Below, one piece after another: positions 59,661-64,000 of a stretch of 64,000 bases of DNA. The notes beneath the pieces are model-generated. The model worked only from the letters and a program-made list of their open reading frames with translations, searched no databases and was not told where the DNA came from. This stretch comes from Desulfatiglandales bacterium (GTDB lineage Bacteria; Desulfobacterota; DSM-4660; Desulfatiglandales; HGW-15). The first letter of the stretch is position 1. Every line of letters starts with the position of its first letter. The position numbers and the translations under genes are program-made. Location of the stretch: NCBI GenBank assembly GCA_963667015.2, contig CAXXJJ010000003.1, forward strand, positions 32,001 through 96,000, given 5' to 3'.

Positions 59661-60672
59661 TTTACCTGCACTGGAGATTGATTTTAGTGAACTTATTAAT
59701 ATTTATTTCGGGACAATCGCAAGCCGTCTTTTAATGACCGCCATAGATATGAAGGTGTTTGACCACCTGGAACACCCTGTGTCTTCCGATACAGTTGCTG
59801 AGGCCATTATCAGCCACCCCTATAACACAGGTCTTATGCTGGATGCCCTTTGCGCGAGCGGTGTGATTATGAAAAACAACAGCCTTTACAGTAACTGTCA
59901 ACTGGCCACCGATTTTCTGGTATGCGGAAAACCGGCATACCTGGGTGAATGGCTCAAACGGGCAGATGATGCAGCTCAGCCCTTTCTTTTTAAAATGGAG
60001 CATTATATTCGATCCGGTCCTGATAGTCCTGCCGAAGAAGAGACAATGAACGGCGAGGCTCACTGTGAGTATTATACCCACTCCCATGCTGCCAGCAGCT
60101 TTGCGGGTATTGCAAAGAGTTTTGCCAATCATATATCTGCTCTGCCCGGGTTTAAGGAGTGCCGCAAACTGCTGGATCTGGGTGGAGGGCCCGGCATTAA
60201 TGCCATGGCTGTTACAGAGAAAAATACTGACCTTAAGGCAACAGTATTTGACCGGCCCGGTATCGTGAAAATTGCGGAAGAATATATCAAGAAATATGGT
60301 TTTGAAGACAGTGTATCGACTATTGGCGGAGATTATACCAGGGATTCTATAGGAGCCGAGTATGACATGATCATGATCACTGACTCTCTCTATTATGATG
60401 ACAATGATGTTGATGCTGTCCTTAAAAGGTGTCATGATGCTATAAAAAAGGGCGGTATGTTTGTTGGCATACACGCAGTGTTGACACATGAAAGGACAAG
60501 ACCTGCCAACCTTGTTCTGGATCTTTTAACCGAGACCATGACAGGCCAGGCCCACATGAGGGAAGAGAAATTTCTGATGTACGCACTTGAAAGATGCGGA
60601 TTTAAAGACACTACATCAAAAATGATTGATGTCTGTGGAATGCAGATGGAGATGAATACAGGAATAATTTAA
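59653..60672 (+). CDS. O-methyltransferase-type SAM methyltransferase with dimerisation domain
   Basis: LMTAIDMKVFD, LLDLGGGPG, TVFDRP, GGDY..DSIG..YD. Confidence 0.88.
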   Translation: MNNLPALEIDFSELINIYFGTIASRLLMTAIDMKVFDHLEHPVSSDTVAEAIISHPYNTGLMLDALCASGVIMKNNSLYSNCQLATDFLVCGKPAYLGEWLKRADDAAQPFLFKMEHYIRSGPDSPAEEETMNGEAHCEYYTHSHAASSFAGIAKSFANHISALPGFKECRKLLDLGGGPGINAMAVTEKNTDLKATVFDRPGIVKIAEEYIKKYGFEDSVSTIGGDYTRDSIGAEYDMIMITDSLYYDDNDVDAVLKRCHDAIKKGGMFVGIHAVLTHERTRPANLVLDLLTETMTGQAHMREEKFLMYALERCGFKDTTSKMIDVCGMQMEMNTGII

Positions 60673-60687
60673 TAGAGGAGAAAAAAC

Positions 60688-61707
60688 ATGAAACAAATGC
60701 CGCCTAAAGTCCCTTCCTTTAAGCCGCTCCATAAAATGCTCACCGGAGCCATTTCATCAAGGCTTTTGCTGGGAGGTCTAAATCTTAAAATATTTGATGT
60801 GCTGGAAGACTGGCGAACAGCGGAGCAGACAGCCGCGGAACTCGGGACCAATGCCGGGAGCACGGAATATTTTATGGACGCCCTCACAAACATCGGTCTG
60901 CTTGAAAAAAGGGGAGGGCGTTACAGGAATATGCCAATGACAAATCAATACCTGTCATCTGCATCCGGATATTATGTCGGAGACCTGTTCGCAATGATCA
61001 GGCAAATGAGTATTGATCCGCTGGAACATCTGGAAGATCTTGTCCGCAAAGGTCCGGGGCCTGTCCAGGCAGATATTGGGCCTGAGCCGGATGACTGGTG
61101 GGTAAAAAGCGCAAGGGCAAGCATGCCATGGGCAGTAGGCGAGATGGGAAGCCGTATTGCCGGGATAGTGAAAGGGCTTAAGGGGTTTTCAGGATTCAGG
61201 AGAATGCTTGATCTGGGCGGTGGGCATGGAGTTTTATCATTATATATTGCACAGACAAGCGAGATACTTGAAGCAGTAATATTTGACCATGACCCTGTAA
61301 CCCGACTGGCCTCGGAAATAATTTCTTCATGGGATATGGGTGAAAGGATCTCGGTAATGGCAGGAGACTACACGATTGATGATTTCGGGGACGGGTATGA
61401 CCTGGTGTTTGCCAGTGCCACATTAAACTGTGCAAAACACAGTCTGAATACCATGATTTCGAGGATATACAATTCCCTTGAACCGGAAGGTTTTTTTATA
61501 AGCCTGCATGACGGCATGACTAACGAGCATACAGAGCCTGCCCTGATACTGGAATGGCTGGGAGGGCTTTTAGGGGCGGGCCGGGATGTAAGGTTTGAAC
61601 AGGGGGAGCTGGCAGATGCCATGCTTGAGGCCGGGTTTAGGACTGTTCGATCCCGGACTCTTGAAACACCCATCGGCACAATGGAATTGGATATTGCCGG
61701 GAAATGA
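60688..61707 (+). CDS. O-methyltransferase-type SAM methyltransferase (tandem paralog)
   Basis: LKIFD, MLDLGGGHG, IFD, AGDY..DDFGDGYDLV. Confidence 0.88.
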   Translation: MKQMPPKVPSFKPLHKMLTGAISSRLLLGGLNLKIFDVLEDWRTAEQTAAELGTNAGSTEYFMDALTNIGLLEKRGGRYRNMPMTNQYLSSASGYYVGDLFAMIRQMSIDPLEHLEDLVRKGPGPVQADIGPEPDDWWVKSARASMPWAVGEMGSRIAGIVKGLKGFSGFRRMLDLGGGHGVLSLYIAQTSEILEAVIFDHDPVTRLASEIISSWDMGERISVMAGDYTIDDFGDGYDLVFASATLNCAKHSLNTMISRIYNSLEPEGFFISLHDGMTNEHTEPALILEWLGGLLGAGRDVRFEQGELADAMLEAGFRTVRSRTLETPIGTMELDIAGK

Positions 61708-63467
61708 ATGAACCGGTAAAAATTAAAAAAGGCCTGTGGGCCATAATGGCCCCTGTAAAGGGTTATATAAAAGCAGCAATAACACTTTCCATCGCAGGAG
61801 CCGTGATCAATGTTGCGGGATACGTTCTGCTTGCGTATGTGCTTTTCATATCAGCAGGCGGATCTCTTGAATTATCAGGAATATCATTTGGTTTTAAGCA
61901 GGCCTTTTCCATGCTTGCCTTTGTGATTATATTTTCTTTTTTATTAAAATATTATTCCTTTACAGTATCACATCTTGGTGCCTTCAGGCTTGAGGAGATA
62001 TTAAGGACAAGTATCACTTCACACTGGGCAAAGGTTCCCCTTGGACATGTTATTTCCACGGGCACCGGGGCCATTAAAAAAGTCCTGCTTGATGATGTGA
62101 AAAATCTGCATGCCTTTGTGGCCGACAGTATACCAATGATCGGTAAAAGCATAGCAGCGCCTGTCGCGTCCCTTATAGCCCTGATAATTATTGACTACAG
62201 GCTGGCGCTGGTTGCTGTGAGTATATTGATGCTCGGCGCTTTAATCATGTATTTTGTTATGAAAGACGAAGCAAGGCACAGGACAAACTATGAGCAGAGC
62301 CAGTCGGACATAAACAGGGCCGTAATAGAATTTGTCCAGGCCATGCCTGTTGTAAGGACCTTTGATGACGGCAAAACACCTTTTAAAAGGTATAGCAGTG
62401 CTCTTGAAAGATACAGGGTACATTTGAAAACATGGATAGCAGCCACAAGCACACCTGCCAGGATATCCATGACTGTCTTAAGCCCCATGCCCACACTGAT
62501 TGCAGTAACTGCAGTCGGAATAATATTCGTTATACAGGACAGCCTGGATTTTACCCGGTTTATTGCCCTGCTCCTGGTCAGCACGGGCATGGCAGATGCC
62601 CTGATGCCGTTGATGTGGGCAAGTGAATTTATTAAGAAATCACGGGCAGCGGCAATCAGGATATATGAGGTTATGGATATCCCCGAACAAAGAGAGGCAT
62701 CATCTTTTAACTCTCCCGAAGGATATGATGTTGTGTTTGATAATGTCTCCTTCAAATATAATGAAAAGGATAACTATGCATTAAGGAATGTCAGCTTTAT
62801 TGTTCCCCAAAATACCGCAGTAGCGCTGGTAGGACCGAGCGGCGCGGGCAAAAGTACTGTGGCAAGGCTTATCCCCAGGTTCTGGGATGTGACTGAAGGC
62901 AGCATAAAAATAGGAAAAATTGATATAAAGGATATTGATACTTCAGTATTGATGGACATGGTTTCATTTGTTTTTCAGGATACCTTTTTATTTAATAATA
63001 CCATTGCAGACAATATACGAATTGCAAATGACAGTGCAACTGATGAAGATATAAAGGACGCCGCAAAGGCGGCACAGATACATGATTTTATTATGTCGCT
63101 ACCGCAGGGATACGAAACAAAGGCGGGAGACAGGGGGGGCAGTCTGTCGGGAGGGCAGAAACAGAGGATTACAATTGCCAGGGCCATCTTAAGAAATACG
63201 CCCATTGTTGTGCTTGACGAGGCAACCGCCTTTGCTGATCCTGAAAACGAAGAAGAGATAATAAAGGCCCTGTCAAACCTGATGAAAAATAAAACAGTCA
63301 TTGTGATTGCTCACAGGCTGCATGCAGTAAAGGACGTTGAGCAGATACTGGTTTTTGACAGGGGAAGAATATCGGAGACAGGAAGGCATGATGAACTGCT
63401 GGAAGGGCAGGGGATATACACCAGGCTTTGGGGTAACTATGAGAAAGCGCAAAACTGGGGGCTGTAA
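61704..63467 (+). CDS. ABC transporter permease/ATPase (YbtP/IrtA-like), pair 2 subunit A
   Basis: SHLGAF, LHAFVAD, IEFVQAMPVVR, GPSGAGKST, LSGGQKQR, LDEATAFADPENE. Confidence 0.92.
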   Translation: MNEPVKIKKGLWAIMAPVKGYIKAAITLSIAGAVINVAGYVLLAYVLFISAGGSLELSGISFGFKQAFSMLAFVIIFSFLLKYYSFTVSHLGAFRLEEILRTSITSHWAKVPLGHVISTGTGAIKKVLLDDVKNLHAFVADSIPMIGKSIAAPVASLIALIIIDYRLALVAVSILMLGALIMYFVMKDEARHRTNYEQSQSDINRAVIEFVQAMPVVRTFDDGKTPFKRYSSALERYRVHLKTWIAATSTPARISMTVLSPMPTLIAVTAVGIIFVIQDSLDFTRFIALLLVSTGMADALMPLMWASEFIKKSRAAAIRIYEVMDIPEQREASSFNSPEGYDVVFDNVSFKYNEKDNYALRNVSFIVPQNTAVALVGPSGAGKSTVARLIPRFWDVTEGSIKIGKIDIKDIDTSVLMDMVSFVFQDTFLFNNTIADNIRIANDSATDEDIKDAAKAAQIHDFIMSLPQGYETKAGDRGGSLSGGQKQRITIARAILRNTPIVVLDEATAFADPENEEEIIKALSNLMKNKTVIVIAHRLHAVKDVEQILVFDRGRISETGRHDELLEGQGIYTRLWGNYEKAQNWGL

Positions 63468-63488
63468 TTTTATTTAGGGGATTGCATA

Positions 63489-64000
63489 ATGCAGAAAGCA
63501 GGATTTTCATCAGTATACGAAATCTACAAACTCACCCTGGAGCTTGCAGGAGAACGTGCAGGCAGTTTTAAAAAAAGCCTGCTTTGTTTTTTTGTGGCCT
63601 TTGTGTCACAGGGGCTTGCGCTGGGTATGTTTTATCCTCTTTTAAAAGGTCTGTTTGCCGGGGATATCATAGTCCCTGATGTGCTCACCTGGCTTGGATT
63701 AATGATATTTTTCAGCATAATATCCCTTGCAGTAAAATGGAAGGCCCATGATTTTGATTATACCGGTAATATCGTTGATATAGCCCACTTTCTCAGGTCA
63801 AGGCTCGGTATAAGGCTCAGGATGATGCCTTTGCAGAAACTTTCGTCATGTAAAACAGGGGAGCTTAATTCCATATTCTCAAGCAATGTTGATGAATCAG
63901 TACTGCTTATGGGTATGGTGGCCGGTGTACTTATGCAGTTGTTTGTTGTTCCTGCTACAATAATCGCGGTTACCTTCTGCTTTGATTTCAGGCTGGCCCT
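63489..64000 (+). CDS. ABC transporter permease/ATPase (YbtQ-like), pair 2 subunit B, partial
   Basis: Hand translation from ATG 63489: MQKAGFSSVYEIYKLTLEL...LRSRLGIRLRMMPLQKL...TGELNSIFSSNVDE; open at the window edge. Confidence 0.8.
   Translation, partial: MQKAGFSSVYEIYKLTLELAGERAGSFKKSLLCFFVAFVSQGLALGMFYPLLKGLFAGDIIVPDVLTWLGLMIFFSIISLAVKWKAHDFDYTGNIVDIAHFLRSRLGIRLRMMPLQKLSSCKTGELNSIFSSNVDESVLLMGMVAGVLMQLFVVPATIIAVTFCFDFRLA

Noticed and set aside
59731..60489. 252-aa antisense ORF (likewise 25785-26462, 51122-51763, 48818-49426, 6916-7536)
   Set aside because: Opposite well-supported genes, with no recognisable motifs.

Overview
Bacterial chromosomal window; gene content suggests an anaerobic Desulfobacterota/'deltaproteobacterium' (inference). 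Left part (1-17 kb), core metabolism: aspS fused in frame to gatC (runs off the left edge), an mvhD-metV-metF + three-gene split glutamate synthase operon behind an ANTAR-type dual-hairpin attenuator, glnB, carA-carB-purF. Middle (17-33 kb), patchwork: DUF169, Sel1 protein, Tat-signal aldo/keto reductase, ABC-2/M1-like membrane protein, gene remnants (DUF4438, GntR), an enolase-superfamily enzyme, a sigma54- and GEMM-like-leader-controlled FN3/PKD surface protein, ettA, an mltF-like gene and DnaJ-DUF1232. Right part (33.5-64 kb), metal/tetrapyrrole/metallophore acquisition island: three TonB-dependent receptors, flavodoxin, DUF4198, an Hmu-like DUF2162-ExbB-DUF2149-CobN module (CobN reading through into HU), YbtPQ/IrtAB-like ABC pairs, AraC, an MptD-type ECF transporter and five SAM methyltransferases. 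The most striking unexplained signal is a cassette present twice (33.55 kb, 39.39 kb): same promoter architecture, a TATTAG-N6-CTAATA palindrome, and a covarying leader RNA ending in an intrinsic terminator, i.e. a candidate undescribed riboswitch/attenuator ahead of two TonB-receptor operons. All family calls come from motif recognition by eye, not database searches.
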